Source: Laetmonice hystrix (taxonomy: Eukaryota). Taken from it: a DNA stretch of 64,000 nucleotides. The DNA lies in assembly GCA_965235115.1 (NCBI GenBank), contig OZ249442.1, positions 5,146,001 to 5,210,000 on the forward strand. Direction: 5' to 3'. Under the pieces are notes generated by a model. The model was not told the origin of the DNA, did no database searches, and saw only the letters and a list, made by a program, of their open reading frames with translations. Made by a program: the position numbers and the translations under genes. Of the stretch, positions 13,192-27,400 are shown piece by piece; position 1 is the first letter of the stretch, and each line of letters opens with the position of its first letter.

Positions 13192-14448
13192 CACCAAATG
13201 ACTTGTTGATTTTGATGCAATGTTTGAAATCATTCAATAATAAGGAGGTGGTCAATTATTCGCTTTATATTTGCAATACTTCCTCGAGTTTCAAAATCAA
13301 TTAAACCTTTCCCCCAACTGCCTCAGATTTCAGACGCGGCAGACTCTCCCGCCTTGCGCTCATGAAATACTAGAATTCTATTACGCCCACGGAGGGGGGG
13401 TGAGGTTCAATGCATCAATGGATCAACAACTCCCACACAAGTTTGCTATCCCTCCAACTCATGCTGAAATCTTAAAACACCAACACTTAGGGTCGGGAGA
13501 AGAATCGATCGGTGCCTGCTCAAATCTCCGGCCAGGAATCCCTCTCTCACCCGGAACGCCGGGGTGATAGGGGAGTTGGGGGTGGGGATGAAATATTTCT
13601 GCACACCATCGCTGTGGACCTACGTGTGCGCTGAGGTATTAGCTGTGACTAAATATGGCCAACAAAATGATACTTAGAAAGACTTAGAACGAAATTTGAA
13701 GGTCCAGTTTTTCGAGCAGCACTTGATTCAGCATACAGCATAGATAACGCGCGGACGTATTAAATTAATGACAGTATTGACGTAAGCTAATAGAAGGCAG
13801 GGATGTGCTAGCCAAGGGATATGAGATAACGATGACCAATACTTTATGACACTCACAAGTGGTTTCTGGTGACTCGTTCAATAACTCCATCCTGGCCCCG
13901 GGGTATGATACGTTAGGTCCAGATCATGAGACATAATTTCCATCAGGCGAGGAGGGGGTTGGCCCCGGCACGCCCCCTGATGGCTCAATCGTGAACTGTA
14001 TGCCAATGGTCAGCGCAACCTTGTGGGCATTCTCAGCGTTAACCTTGGCACCTGGTTGGCTGGCCGGCTGAGATATGCGAAATCGATAGTCTAGACCTTA
14101 TCTATCTGGAAGATGCATTAAGTTTCTTACTTCTTCTTTCTTCCCCATCTTTTTTTTTTTTTTTGGGGGGGGGGGGGTACATGATTTTATGTATGGAACT
14201 GAGGCTGGGGGGGAGGGGTCTGTCTCAAGTAACGCACATAAAAGGTTTTACACCCAGAGACCCTGCTAGCGGGAGGAGCGGGAGGAGTCGAAGACTGCCC
14301 CCTATCTGCCCCCTCGTGCAAGTAGCCTAATGCTGAGTGACGATCAGACCTCTTTGACATCCCTCATCCTAAATGTCCTTGTGCCAGGCGAATGGTTCAT
14401 TACCTACACGCGCCGGTGTTCGATTTCAGTCAGGCTTGTGCGACCGGT

Positions 14449-14603
14449 TATTGCCCCCAAGGTATGAGCCTATAATTCTTAGATCCAAAGTGGTGTATCA
14501 CCTAGCCTTGCTGCCAAGACGACCGAGTTATTCCCCCCAAGGTATGAGCCTATAATTCTTAGATCAAAGTGGTGTATCACCTAGCCTTGCTGCCAAGACG
14601 ACC
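14449..14603. repeat. ~76-bp tandem duplication
   Basis: CCCCCAAGGTATGAGCCTATAATTCTTAGATC(C)AAAGTGGTGTATCACCTAGCCTTGCTGCCAAGACGACC x2. Confidence 0.9.
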
Positions 14604-14842
14604 AGGTCACAGCAAGCGACGAATGTATAACCATAAATAGACCTAGGACCCGTCAAGGTGTTCACCGTAGTCGGTAGACTGTTCCCCGGCTCACTCCGTC
14701 GCCGCCAGAGGGCTGGAGACCCCGGCCCCCTAGCGGGAGTACAGTGAAGCAGTCTACGTGGTCGGGCGATATGATTCAGACTTTACCCGCTAGGTGTCAG
14801 AAAATGTAATCACCACCACACCGCCCACTGGTGGTAACAACC

Positions 14843-15114
14843 AGTAAATCACCCCACCCCCCCCCCCCAAACACACAATTACCCCCCCCCCCCCCATCCC
14901 AACACACACACAACGTTCACGGAAACTATCAATGGAGGTTTAAAAAACGGTTTATTCCCCCACCAAATTTTTGGCCAGGGGTTCAGGTTACGGTCAGGGA
15001 TAGGGATATGTTTTGGGCGGTGTAAGGGTTAGGGATAAGGTCAGTAGATCTTTACTTTCGACCAAATTTCGTGGGGGGTGGGTGTGGGGATTAAGTTATC
15101 AGGGGCGATTTACC
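14843..15114. mobile_element. Non-autonomous element with degenerate (GGGTTA/GGGATA) core
   Basis: Short inverted ends GTAAATCACCCC / GGGGCGATTTAC. The interior ~14955-15110 is homologous to 42615-42792. Confidence 0.55.
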
Positions 15115-16067
15115 AATAAAAGTGAACTGGTAATCATCTCTGTGTGCACACTTATATTAAATGAAATCTAGAAGTCGTATAACCTAGGATAGAATACAGA
15201 AATTCTCGGTTCACGATGGCTTGTAGTACCCATGTTAGACGTTGATCTAGACTCCACGTCTAACACTAACCCTAACGGTTAGTTCAGGGACCTCGTGCAC
15301 TACATCTGTTTTTGATACAAGAACTAAATAAACACAATAGGAGGCTTCTTCATATATTTCTGCTGTATTTGGAAAAAAAAACATGTACAACATTTAATCG
15401 TAGAAAATCATGACGATTTTGAGTGGCCAACAAAAAATCTTCAAATCGATACAATTTATACATGCCATTTTAACGTCTTTTAGTTCATGTAACTGAACTT
15501 TACTTACCTTCCACTTAAATGTGGGAAGAAGCACAAAAAATTCCCACTTCATAAATAAAAATATTCTTTCGCTTTCTTTTAATTAATAATGGGAGTCGGA
15601 GTTTCTTTCCCTTTATATACACAGCCCCCTCCACCCTACCCCATCCCACTCCATCCTACCGGGATCGATCTAGATGCCCTCCCCTCCCTCATTGGTAACC
15701 CCACCATGCACTCCCAGTTATTACCCGCAACAATTTGAGAATGCCGACAGCCTGACTACCACTTGAGTAGCTTCAGCCATAGGGTGCCTGATATTGCCTC
15801 TGACAGTCAAGACATTATTAATATTATAATCCATTGAAAACAAGACAGTTTAAACACTCATCATCCTGGGTATGTAGTAGATTGTGTTTAACACGACACA
15901 CTCAGCTTGCCATGGCATCTGAAAGCTGAATTAATGCATGATTCTAATGACATTGTTTACATCAGTTTGAATCTCTCATACAATTCAGACTTTAGGAGTG
16001 TTAGCCACAAGATGGACTGTGTGTTTCCATACCAGAGTTTGCTGCCCAGTGTGAGTGAGACAAACTA

Positions 16068-19000
16068 TCACTGAACATCGGTCGAACTCTGTCCATCCTC
16101 AGTACTATCATCTGGATGATGTTGGTTTATGTGTATCGTTTCTCCCGTCTCGGTCGTAACAACCTGGATCCCTTCCTGCTGAGCCATGGATACGGCGACC
16201 TGGATACCGTCTTGTCCATCACCCTGCTGAAGTTGCTACGGACAAAAAATAGCCACTAAAATAAAAAACTTTCCTTTTGACGAGCTCACTGATAAAAAGT
16301 GAACAGTGACCTAAAAACAAATCTCACCCCGATTGATCATTTATTACCCAGGGCAAACACAAACCAGTCACAATCAATTTTGTAACTTTTGTCAAGTTTA
16401 TCAAGGACTAACAGATCGCACTCACCATGACCTGAGTGGCATCGCCCTGGAGGATTTGTATTTGGTGTGCCTGCTGGAGCTGGGCCACCTGCTCCGGTGT
16501 AGCATGGAGCACCTGAATCTCACCACTGGCTGTCTGGAGAATCTCTGCAGCCCCTGCGGCCTGCATGGCCTGTAAGTCCACCTCACCCTGCGTCACAAAA
16601 CTCTTCATACAAAAAACATCGTATTTAGGCTCACCCAGTGTACACAAACAAACAAGTTATTCTAACTAGATTCCAGTACATGATTACTACTAAAACCAAA
16701 TGAACTCAAAGACAAGGAAATCTTGTTACCTGATGTATGTGGAGCTCAGCATCCTCATGAAGCGAGTCATCTGAGTTGAGTTCTGTCATTGCTGGATGGT
16801 TTGTTACATGCATGTAGGTTGCAGGAGCCTTTCCACGAAATGCCTTGACTGTTAGAGGCAACCCACGTGCCTTGCGCCTGAATGCTGTGCGACACTTGCT
16901 GTCAATATTCTGCTTTATTCTGTGCCAATCTATTTCTGTTATGCCGAACCGATAAATTAAGTGGCCTGTAAAATAAATCAATTTGCTGTCATATGATTTT
17001 GATGGCAAAATGAAATATTCATGCTATTTTTAACGGGACAATATATTTTGTGTCCTCTTCTCGTTTTTAGTTTTAAACCGGGGATACACGACTAATGAGG
17101 ATGACAACGAACACTGTCACACATGTATGACACCCCTGACCAGTACAGACTGAATCTATACACCAGCCACATCCCTCCTTACACATTCCCTCAGTATACA
17201 AAGTATACAAAGAACTTTTGCATACGAGTAAATACTTACACCTGATTCCATAAATCATTAGTGGATCGAGCTGCTTTTTTCCCAGTTTTCCCATACCCGA
17301 GAGGTTTGATGTTGCCTGTGTCTCCCGATCAAACAGGTAGTCGAGCAAGGCAAGTGCCATCTTCTCTGGCGTCCGACAGTTGGAGTGGACATGTAAAAGG
17401 TCACTGTAATGAGAAGGAAGGACTGCCAGTTCTGTCCCTTTTGTTTCAATTGATGTACAGACCCCTGTACAACTGTACAGACCCCTGTACAACTGTACAC
17501 ACTCCTGTACAACTGTACACACTCCTGTACAACTGTACAGACCCCTGTACAACTGTACAGACTCCTGTACAACTGTACAGACCCCTGTACAACTGTACAG
17601 ACCCCTGTACAACTGTACAGACTCCTGTACAACTGTACACACCCCTGTACAACTGTACACACCCCTGTACAACTGTACACACTCCTGTACAACTGTACAG
17701 ACCCCTGTACAACTGTACACACCCCTGTACAACTGTACAGACCCCTGTACAACTGTACACACCCCTGTACAACTGTACAGACCCCTGTACAACTGTACAC
17801 ACTCCTGTACAACTGTACACACTCCTGTACAACTGTACACACTCCTGTACAACTGTACAGACCCCTGTACAACTGTACAGACCCCTGTACAACTGTACAG
17901 ACCCCTGTACAACTGTAGACTCCTGTACAGCTGTACACACCCCTGTACAACTGTACACACCCCTGTACAACTGTACACACCCCTACAACTGTACACACCC
18001 CTGTACAACTGTACACACCCCTACAACCGTACACACCCCTGTACAACCGTACACACCCCTGTACAACTGTACACACCCCTGTACAACTGTACACACCCCT
18101 GTACAACTGTACACACCCCTGTACAACTGTACACACCCCTGTACAACTGTACACCGCCCCTGTACAACTGTACACACCCCTGTACAACTGTACAGACCCC
18201 TGTACAACTGTACAGACCCCTGTACAACTGTACAGACCCCTGTACAACTGTACAGACCCCTGTACAACTGTACACACCCCTGTACAGCTGTACACACCCC
18301 TGTACAGCTGTACAGACCCCTGTACAACTGTACACACCCCTACAACTGTACACACCCCTACAACTGTACACACCCCTGTACAACTGTACACACCCCTGTA
18401 CAACTGTACACACCCCTGTACAACTGTACACACCCCTGTACAACTGTACACACCCCTACAACTGTACACACTCCTGTACAACTGTACACACCCCTGTACA
18501 ACTGTACACACCCCTGTACAACTGTACAGACCCCTGTACAACTGTACACACCCCTGTACAACTGTACACCGCCCCTGTACAACTGTACAGACCCCTGTAC
18601 AACTGTACACACCCCTGTACAACTGTACACACCCCTGTACAACTGTACACACCCCTGTACAACTGTACACCGCCCCTGTACAACTGTACACACCGCTGTA
18701 CAACTGTACACACCGCTGTACAACTGTACACACCCCTGTACAACTGTACACACCCCTGTACAACTGTACACCGCCCCTGTACAACTGTACACACCCCTGT
18801 ACAACTGTACACACCCCTGTACAACTGTACACACCCCTGTACAACTGTACATACCCCTGTACAACTGTACACACCCCTGTACAACTGTACACACCCCTGT
18901 ACAACTGTACACACCCCTGTACAACTGTACACACCCCTGTACAACTGTACACACCCCTGTACAACTGTACACACCCCTGTACAACTGTACACACCCCTGT

Positions 19001-22000
19001 ACAACTGTACACACCCCTGTACAACTGTACACACCCCTGTACAACTGTACATACCCCTGTACAACTGGCCCACCATTAGGAGTAGAGAACCTTCCATCCA
19101 AGCCTAGCAGAACATTGATTAAATCATGATCTGATCTCCCCTTACTCTAGGTCTCCAAACCCACTGAACAAAGTGTCGGCTATGGATGTACCTGAGAACC
19201 TGAGAACTTACCTGGGTGTGATGGGAACACGGACCCTCATCTCCGGGTTATTCTCGTCTCCTAACCATGCGCCATTGGGAAAATCCTCTGGGAATTACCA
19301 GGACATTAGTCAATCAAAGATAACAAAATCAAGCAAAATGCATCTCCCGAGAAAGCCCCCCCCCCCCCCTCCAATGCAATCCAGTCTGTTTATCTGATAT
19401 CATGCACTGATTGGTCATTCAATAAGTAGACCCAAAACGTCCACCTACACCTCTGATACCAGTGAGGGCAAAACCTCAATCTACACTGTAAATCAGGAGT
19501 TGAGCTGATTGACATCTCAAGAATCGAAAAACGAAGACAAATTATCAGAAAGCCAATGGTACCTTCCGTGTTGAGTGTAATCAGTTGTACATTAGGCCCC
19601 AGGTTCTGCAGAGAATGGTCCATATAGGAAATGTTTCCTTGGCTATCGGTAGGGCCTGGAAGAGGAGAAACGAGGTTAAATAGACCACGGCCAAGAACAT
19701 CTAGTGAAACAATGCTGGTCCAGTACAGCACCTGTCCAAATGTAAAATCTTAACTACTTATAAATAATACTTATATTGAGTCATGGTAGCCAACTGTATT
19801 TATGTCTCAATCACATTTACCAACCACATCTGGCCTCTGGAGTCATTTGATCCAAAGATCAGTCAAACTAATAAATATGTCATACTGTAAAAATGTGGGC
19901 ATTCCCTCAACGACATTCTAGCCTGGACTGCTCTAGGGTAATTATTTATAACACATTTATATCCTTTTACTATATGTTTGGAATCTCATGGAGAGGAAAC
20001 TTACTGGAACTTTCCTGCACTCTTTCCTGTGGTAGACCTACAATTACTGCACTCGATCGTCTACAAAAAACAACAATCCACTCAGTACCCTAGCAAAACA
20101 GTTGTTAGATATACCTCATACCCTGACACAACCGGTTTTAGATACTCATAACCCAACACAACAGTTCTTATATACCTCATACCCTGACACAACAGGTTTT
20201 AGATATACTCATACCCTAACGAAACAGTTGTTAGATATACAATGTACCTCATACCCTGACACAACAAGTTTTAGATTACTCATACCCTAACGCAACAGTT
20301 GTTAGATACTCATACCCTGACACAACAGGTTTTAGATATACTCATACCCCAACACAACAGTTGTTAGATACTCATACCCTGACACAACAGGTTTTAGATA
20401 TACTCATACCCTAACGCAACAGTTGTTAGATATACAATGTACCTCATACCCTGACACAACAGGTTTTAGATTACTCATACCCTAACGCAACAGTTGTTAG
20501 GTATACCTCATACCCTGACACAACCGGTTTTAGATATACTCATACCCCAACACAACAGTTGTTAGATACTCATACCCTGACACAACAGGTTTTAGATATA
20601 CTCATACCCCAACACAACAGTTGTTAGATACTCATACCCTGACACACCAGGTTTTAGGTATTATTATGAAAGGAAATGGTGAAACTTTACATCTTGACTA
20701 GAACCAGAAATGTTACAAAAACATTACTTTTTTAAGATTACCAGTACATGATGTCATGCACCCCCCCCCCCCCCCCCCGACACAGTGCCCAAAAAATAAA
20801 ACTTCTTGCACCTACTCCAGGACTATTACAACATTTTTACTTTTTTTTACCAACCTTTTCCAGCCCCACACAACATTATGAAAATATATAAATTACATGT
20901 CATGAAAAGGCAAATGGTCCTACCCGGTCTTCATGGGTGTTGATGAGAGCATGAGACTACCATTCTGTTTAATGTTACAGACAACCTGTTCAACCTTCTC
21001 CTCCAGGTATCGTGTTCGTACACTAACAGTTTCCAACTTGGACTCAATACCATCCAACCGTAGACAAATGGCTTTGTTGATGTTGAAGAGTATTTGCTAT
21101 AGATAGAATAGGAAGAGAACAATATTGATAAAAAAAAAACTAGGAAGGCACACTATTGTGCTAATATATAATTAATAGAAAAAAAAATCTGACTTTTCTC
21201 TTTTAAGTTTTGTTTGATCTAATCTGACACCTGAACATTGAATTACATTTTGTTAACCAATATAATTTATTATAAATCATTCTGACGTCAACATGGCTGT
21301 TCAAACACTATACCCAACAAATCCACCTTTTTCTCCATCTTCACTCCTTCCATCGTAATATAATTATTGTGCCCCTGCCCCTTTATACATGCACTGAAAA
21401 AACATGTGTACATGTTCAATGTTTGTGTGGTTGAAGCAGAGAAGATGTGAGATTTGTACCTTGATGGACTGGTCCATACTGAGGTCTCCATCATGATCTA
21501 GATGCTGCCTCTTGGCAGCAGGCTCTCCACTCCCAGCAGTCACCACCTCTGAATGGTTTTAAAATAAAGAATTAAAAGAAATCTATCAAAACCTTGCTTA
21601 GAACCAGTGCTCCAGCAGCTTTACTCATTCAGTGCATTTGTATCATGGCCAATGAAACTACCAGTAGTTTAATCTGAAAAAAATGATTGTTCTGGAATCA
21701 GACTACCTAATACATATATTGGATCTTGGAGCATTTTTTATTTTAGGCCTCCACATTAATGTTGGCCCACTCACCATGAAACATATTTCTTGGCCTTTGG
21801 ATTTTACAATTCGCCATCTGTAAGATGGTGAGAGTCAGTTATCAACAAATAATGTAACCCACTAAATGGCACTAATCCTAAACCTACTGTAAATACAGAG
21901 CTTTCAAATTGTTTTTGAGTAGATGGCATTCAGGCACAGTAGACTGGGACCAGGCACCATCCCAGGGCTCTCAAAGTTGGCCGGAGTAGCAGGGTACAGT

Positions 22001-22707
22001 ACAGAAAGTAGCAGGGTACAGCCCTCGGGGGGAGGGGGGTTCCGGGGGCCCTCCCCCGTAAACATTTGAAAAAATGACCCCCTGAGATGCAATTTCCTGG
22101 CATCTGAGAGGGGCAATTGGTCATCACTGACATGTTGTTTTGATACATGCTGAGGCAGAAAAGTGAAAAGAGAACATTAGTAAAAAGATTTTTTGTCATT
22201 CAACAAAAAGTAGGCGGCAGCAAAACTGCTTTCAGGCGGCGTTTTGCCGCCGCTGACCGGCAACTTTTGAGAGCCCTGCCATCCCTCTTTTTTTTGTCAT
22301 CCTCTAATGCAGGTCCGTTGACTTACTAACTGGGTTTTATGCCATGTTGAGCACATGACCTTGTGATTTAGGCATTATCAAAAAAACATGTCAAAATATT
22401 TTGTCAGCTGAGTTAACTTAGCCAGGTTGCCCTTGTAGATAGGGATCCCACCGGCCACCAGCTTAATTTGAAAGCCCTGTAAATATGCAACAAACAATCT
22501 AATCTAACATCAATGTTGATGACAACTGTAAGTCTAAAAATACAGAGCTTCCGTCAGTCTTTTTTCATTCTTAGGTTGTTAACATACAAGTAGTTTCTAG
22601 TTACCATGAGTCTGATTCAATTGGCTGACGGCAAGCTGTACAGCGTCCACCAGTTGCTGGGAAGCCACGCCATTGTCCCCTGAGGACGTTGCTGGCACTA
22701 CACTCAT
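16068..22707 (-). CDS. BANP: Protein BANP (BEN-domain transcription factor, SMAR1)
   Basis: Exons 22707-22605, 21548-21460, 21096-~20924, ~19731-19563, 19287-19212, 17403-17240, 16965-16730, ~16587-16426, 16235-16068 (TGA). Peptides QILFNINKAICLRLDGIESKL, NVQLITLNTE/EDFPNGAWLGDENNPEMRVR, SNCRTPEKMALALLDYLFDRETQATSNLSGMGKLGKKQLDPLMIYGIRCHLIYRFGITEIDWHRIKQNIDSKCRTAFRRK match BANP as I recall it. The exon 3-4 junction is unresolved. Confidence 0.95.
17455..19066. repeat. 20-bp minisatellite, ~80 copies, filling a BANP intron
   Basis: Unit CCCCTGTACAACTGTACACA (two TGTACA palindromes). It occupies ~1.6 kb of the 17404-19211 intron. Confidence 0.97.
20090..20655. repeat. ~30-32-bp minisatellite with alternating subunits (BANP intron)
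   Basis: Alternates AGATA(TA)CTCATACCCTGACACAACAGGTTTT with AGATATACTCATACCC(C/T)AAC(A/G)CAACAGTTGTT. Confidence 0.92.
21963..22278. mobile_element. hAT-like MITE in a BANP intron
   Basis: TIRs CAGGGCTCTCAAAGTTG / CAACTTTTGAGAGCCCTG, with CCATCC repeated on both flanks. Confidence 0.7.
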
Positions 22708-23599
22708 CCTGTAGTTTAGACAAACAAAGGTTAAGTTAGTAATAAAAAAACACAGACAATGAAAAGGACCTCGTAGAATATAAGCCCTATCAGCACAAGT
22801 TACATTGTATTCATATTTACTCAATAAACTGGAAGATGTCAGCCTGCGAGTGCTAATAAAGAAGAAAAGGGTACTCAGTGGTAATTTGCTGGAAGATGGC
22901 AAGATTCTCAAACTGCTAATCTCCTGGAACGATCATCTACTTCCTATGCACATGGACTTAGAAATGTTTCCTTCATAGTCCTTCCGGGCGGGGGGGGGGG
23001 GGGAGGAGGCTAATGCATGTAGGACCTGTTAGGAACACTGCAAAATGATAACAGTCAGCCCCCCCCCCCCCCCCCAGATCCGCCACTGATAAGTGCGCAT
23101 GCCTCCCGATAGTACAGGGATTGTTCAAGCAGAATAGCCTTCAAATGACAATTTTGCCGTCTTCGGCCAAAATAACCACTGGAAAACATAAGTTTAAATT
23201 TGACACATTTTGATAGATTCTAGTTTAAGCTGATGTTATCACCATCTATTATTATTAAATTACCTTATTATTTTACCTTCATACATTAAAAAAAAATACA
23301 ATGCACTCGCTGACTCTAACATTAGATTTCAACTGGATCTAGATTGTAAGTTTCATACAGTGAAACGAGAGTGATATTGATAAACTACAGTCTACAGACA
23401 GTTACAGATCATATTTACCAATTTTCTATATTTTGTTTGTCAGGTTTAACCCAGCATGAGCTATTGAAAGCGCCCCCCCCCCCCTCCACCCCCAGCTCCG
23501 CCAACCAGCGTGCAAGGGGTGTCAACACAACACCGACATGTCAAAACACACGTCACAGTCACAGACACATGACTGCAGCAGGCTAGTCATGCGCTCTAA

Positions 23600-24491
23600 T
23601 CCCTGCACTGTAGCCGTAGGAACTAACCTAATGCACTGTAATTAACTGTTCAAATACAGTACGAAATCAGCTACTATTGTTCATCGTCAATTAACGAGAC
23701 AGGGAGTAGACAACAAGCAGATAGTCTGATTTGATAAGGACCATTTTGACAATATTGGGAGACTTCGTTTAGCAGACGATATTTTCCTGCTGCTGCGTTC
23801 GGCTGACTAAAATCATCTCAAAGCGGAGCCAAAATGGCTCCTTGACGTTTTCCGGCCCTTTAGCCGTTTGGAATTGGTTAAAATGACATTCTCTTGAAGA
23901 ATTATGTTAAGTTGAGTACTCTAGATCAGCTATGTACAATGAAGCTCACCCAACAACCAACTTCTTGTGAGTTTGGCGCTTGCAAACTCGAAATTTGGAC
24001 GAGATCACGTCTATTTCTCGACTCGCGATAATGGCGTCCGGGCTGCGGTAAAATGCGAGAAAGAACGATACTGCGCATGACAGCCTCATTACCACAGTGG
24101 GATTTCGTCCCTTCTTCAGGAATATATGACGAGCAAATTCCTTCCATTACAATTAAAGTGTTTAGCAGTGGAATCCATTGTATTGCCATCAGGTTTTATA
24201 ATAATTCTCGATTACGTGTCCATAATTACATTAAATATCTCGCCCAACTAATCACCCACTAGGCAGAAACTGGTGTTCAATACAAGGGAGGGAGACCACA
24301 CATTTGGAACTGCCCAACACAATTTCACCGGAAATAGCAGTAGGTAGAGCCACGCGAAAGCGGGTAGTTTGCTTGCGTGTCAAGCCCAAGAATTCGAGTA
24401 GTTATGGGCAGCTGCTCTGCTTAAATTGCTATGAAGCAGCCTGTTCTTCACGCTCTAGTATTGTTGAAGATTAAGGGTTGTATTTATCAGA
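23600..24491. promoter_or_regulatory. Putative bidirectional promoter, BANP / POGLUT
   Basis: The start codons diverge and are ~1.8 kb apart. The region is locally CpG-rich, with YY1-like AAAATGGC (~23833) and ATAATGGCG (~24028), ETS-like TTTCCGG (~23849) and BANP-like ACTCGCGATA (24021-24030). Confidence 0.6.
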
Positions 24492-27400
24492 ATGACACGG
24501 CATCTTTCCTGTTTGTTTCTGGCACTTTTCTTCCTTTCCCTGACGGTGTATCAGTTGACCGGCAATGATACCCAAACTGACGGGCGGTGGGGCGACATCA
24601 GCCCGGCCAACTGCCTGGTGTGGGGGCCTGGGCTACGGTCTCACTTTGTGGTCCCCGTGCGGTATTTCTTCATACAGCTAGTCGATAAAAATGGAGTTAA
24701 GTAAGTATCTCGGAAAAACCATAATTGTTACTAGGGATGAGACTTGTATGGAAAGGGGAGGCCCTAACGAAACGGCGAAACTAAGAAAAAAGTACAACCC
24801 CCCCCCCCCGGCCTCACTCCAACACGTACGCCAGAGTCTGATGTGTCATGTGATATGGCACGGACTAACTTACTCACTAAGTTCCTGGACTACCCCTACC
24901 CCCCCCCCCCCCCTCCAAGCAGGGCCAGGGTGCAAGGACTACCCTATAGTCTAGGGCCTTAACTGTACTGACATAATTATTAGTATTAATATTAGTCTAA
25001 ACTAATGAAATGTTCACAGTTTTCACAGATAGGCCTACTTTTTTTTTCAGATTAAAAAAAGTGCAGAAAGCTATCGTTTATTTATTTTTACTTTCTTTTG
25101 TTATATATACCAGTACATATTATGTAATAACTGTACATTGTATACTTCTCTCCAATCTTAAATGTTGTTTGTGTTAGTTTTGAGGGAGAAAAAGTTTAAA
25201 CATTTATAGTTTTCATATCAGCCAGTATATTGTAGAGCTCATGCACCTCCTTTGTGCTGCTAAGGCTAAGCCTATGAAAGTGATAATTGCCATTAGTGAT
25301 CTCATATCTTTCAAACAATCATTGAGGCAGTATGATCAAGTGGTATTCTGGACTTACCATGAACAAGTTGTAATATATATTTTTATTTTCAGCCTAACAA
25401 CAAGTATTGGACATTCCCCCTTCACAGTGCAGCTCACTTCAGATAGTGTTTCTCGGGTCAGAGTTCAAGTACAACAACTGAATCGTAATGATGGTACATA
25501 CATAATCCGATTCAAGTTGTATGAATCCTACAAAGATTTAAGGATGAGTCTAACTTATCAAGGTGTCAATATTGGTTCATCCCCATTTCAACTTGATGGT
25601 AAGATTTGTTGTTCTTCTTTTTTTTTGAATGAGACTCAGTTTCCTTGACCGAAAGTCAGAGTAGTGAAATTTCAACAAGTATACAAGTATGTATACATAT
25701 TTTAAAAAGCTGAGCACTTGTAATAAAGAGTAGATTAATTTTCTTCTCAGTGAGCAGTTTAAAGAATAAAGCCAAAAAGATACCATTAATTAAGTCCTGC
25801 CTATGTTGACATTCATATGCCTATGCCATGGAATTGGGGAAAAAATGAAATGATTTTCTGTTCCAGATAACGTCTATCATGAAAAGTGTGACTGCCCTGT
25901 GGCAAGTGCTGCTGAATGGTTGAAATCCATGGAATGCCCAAAATCTTATACACAGATAAAAAGGGATCTTAGTCCATTTCGGGATATTAATTTGTCTGAG
26001 ATGGTTGAGAAAATATGGTCAGCGTCTAATTTGAAAAAGTCTCGAAGTGTTTGTCATTATACAATTAAGAATAACAAGGTAGGGATTTTTGGCTTATTCT
26101 ATAGTTTAACTTAAAGAAACTTTTCTAGGATAGGTGCTGCTGATACATAGTTCTGTTAATTAAGATAGATACCAAGGTTAATTCTTCTTTAAGAATTATA
26201 TCAGGATACTCGTATTGGAAGCTATTTCTTAGAGGCTATTGGTGTAGTTCTGTTGTGACAGTTTGCAATACCGTATATTCTGTCTTATGTTACAGATTTA
26301 TCGTCGCACGCATGGTGAGCACGTTGGGTTTAAGATGTTTTCTGATGCCATACTTTTGTCCCTGAGTCGAAAGGTTTGTAGACACTAGTTGGGAAGTTGC
26401 AAACTGTATGAAAGAAAGCCATCACTGAAAAGTAGTGATGGGATATCTGGGGTACCAAGCCACTGCCTGATCCAGGGTTGTAGATCAAGCCCAGAAATAT
26501 AGTGAGTGGGTTTCCAAATTAAAACGGCTGCAGCTGCACTGAAGATTTTCAGAAATATCCTTAAATGTAAATAGGCTTCATTAGAATACATTAACAATGA
26601 TAGAAATCAAATCACCTGTGTCATATTAAGGAATATATCATGGTTTATTTGATCGTTTTTCGGGAGACAGGTAGTTCTGCCTGACATAGAGTTCCTTGTA
26701 AACCTTGGAGACTGGCCGTTGGAGTACCGTGGCAAGAACCCAACTCCTGAACCTATCTTCTCATGGTGTGGATCAGACGATACCTACGACATCATTATGC
26801 CAACTTATGATATCACCGATTCAACTCTGGAAACTATGGGCAGGTATGTCACTTCCAAGATTATGAGGTCAGGATTGACAGATTGAGTAAGTTACTTGTT
26901 AATGGTTGAATGCCATAATTATAGCAGTTTCATTTCAGTCATATTAAGGCAGTTAGGTGGGCTCTAAAGGAGAGTTGGTTTTTATATCTCTAGGGAAATA
27001 ATGACATACTGTCTCTTGACATACTGTACCTTGTCTTGGACTTACTCCAGGGTGACCCTCGATATCCACATACTGTACCTTGTCTTGGACTTACTCCAGG
27101 GTCACCCTCGATATCCACATACTGTACCTTGTCTTGGACTTACTCCAGGGTGACCCTCGATATCCACATACTGTACCTTGTCTTGGACTTACTCCAGGGT
27201 GACCCTCGATATCCACATAATGTACCTTGTCTTGGACTTACTCCAGGGTGACCCGCGATATCCACATAATGTACCTTGTCTTGGACTTACTCCAGGGTGA
27301 CCCTCGATATCCACATAATGTACCTTGTCTTGGACTTACTCCAGGGTGACCCTCGATATCCACATACTGTACCTTGTCTTGGACTTACTCCAGGGTGACC

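Noticed and set aside
17073-19129. Long ORFs of 140-622 aa (VQLYRGVYSCTG / CTTVHTPVQLY repeats)
   Set aside because: They are translations of the 20-bp intronic minisatellite. Only 17240-17403 is a real BANP exon.
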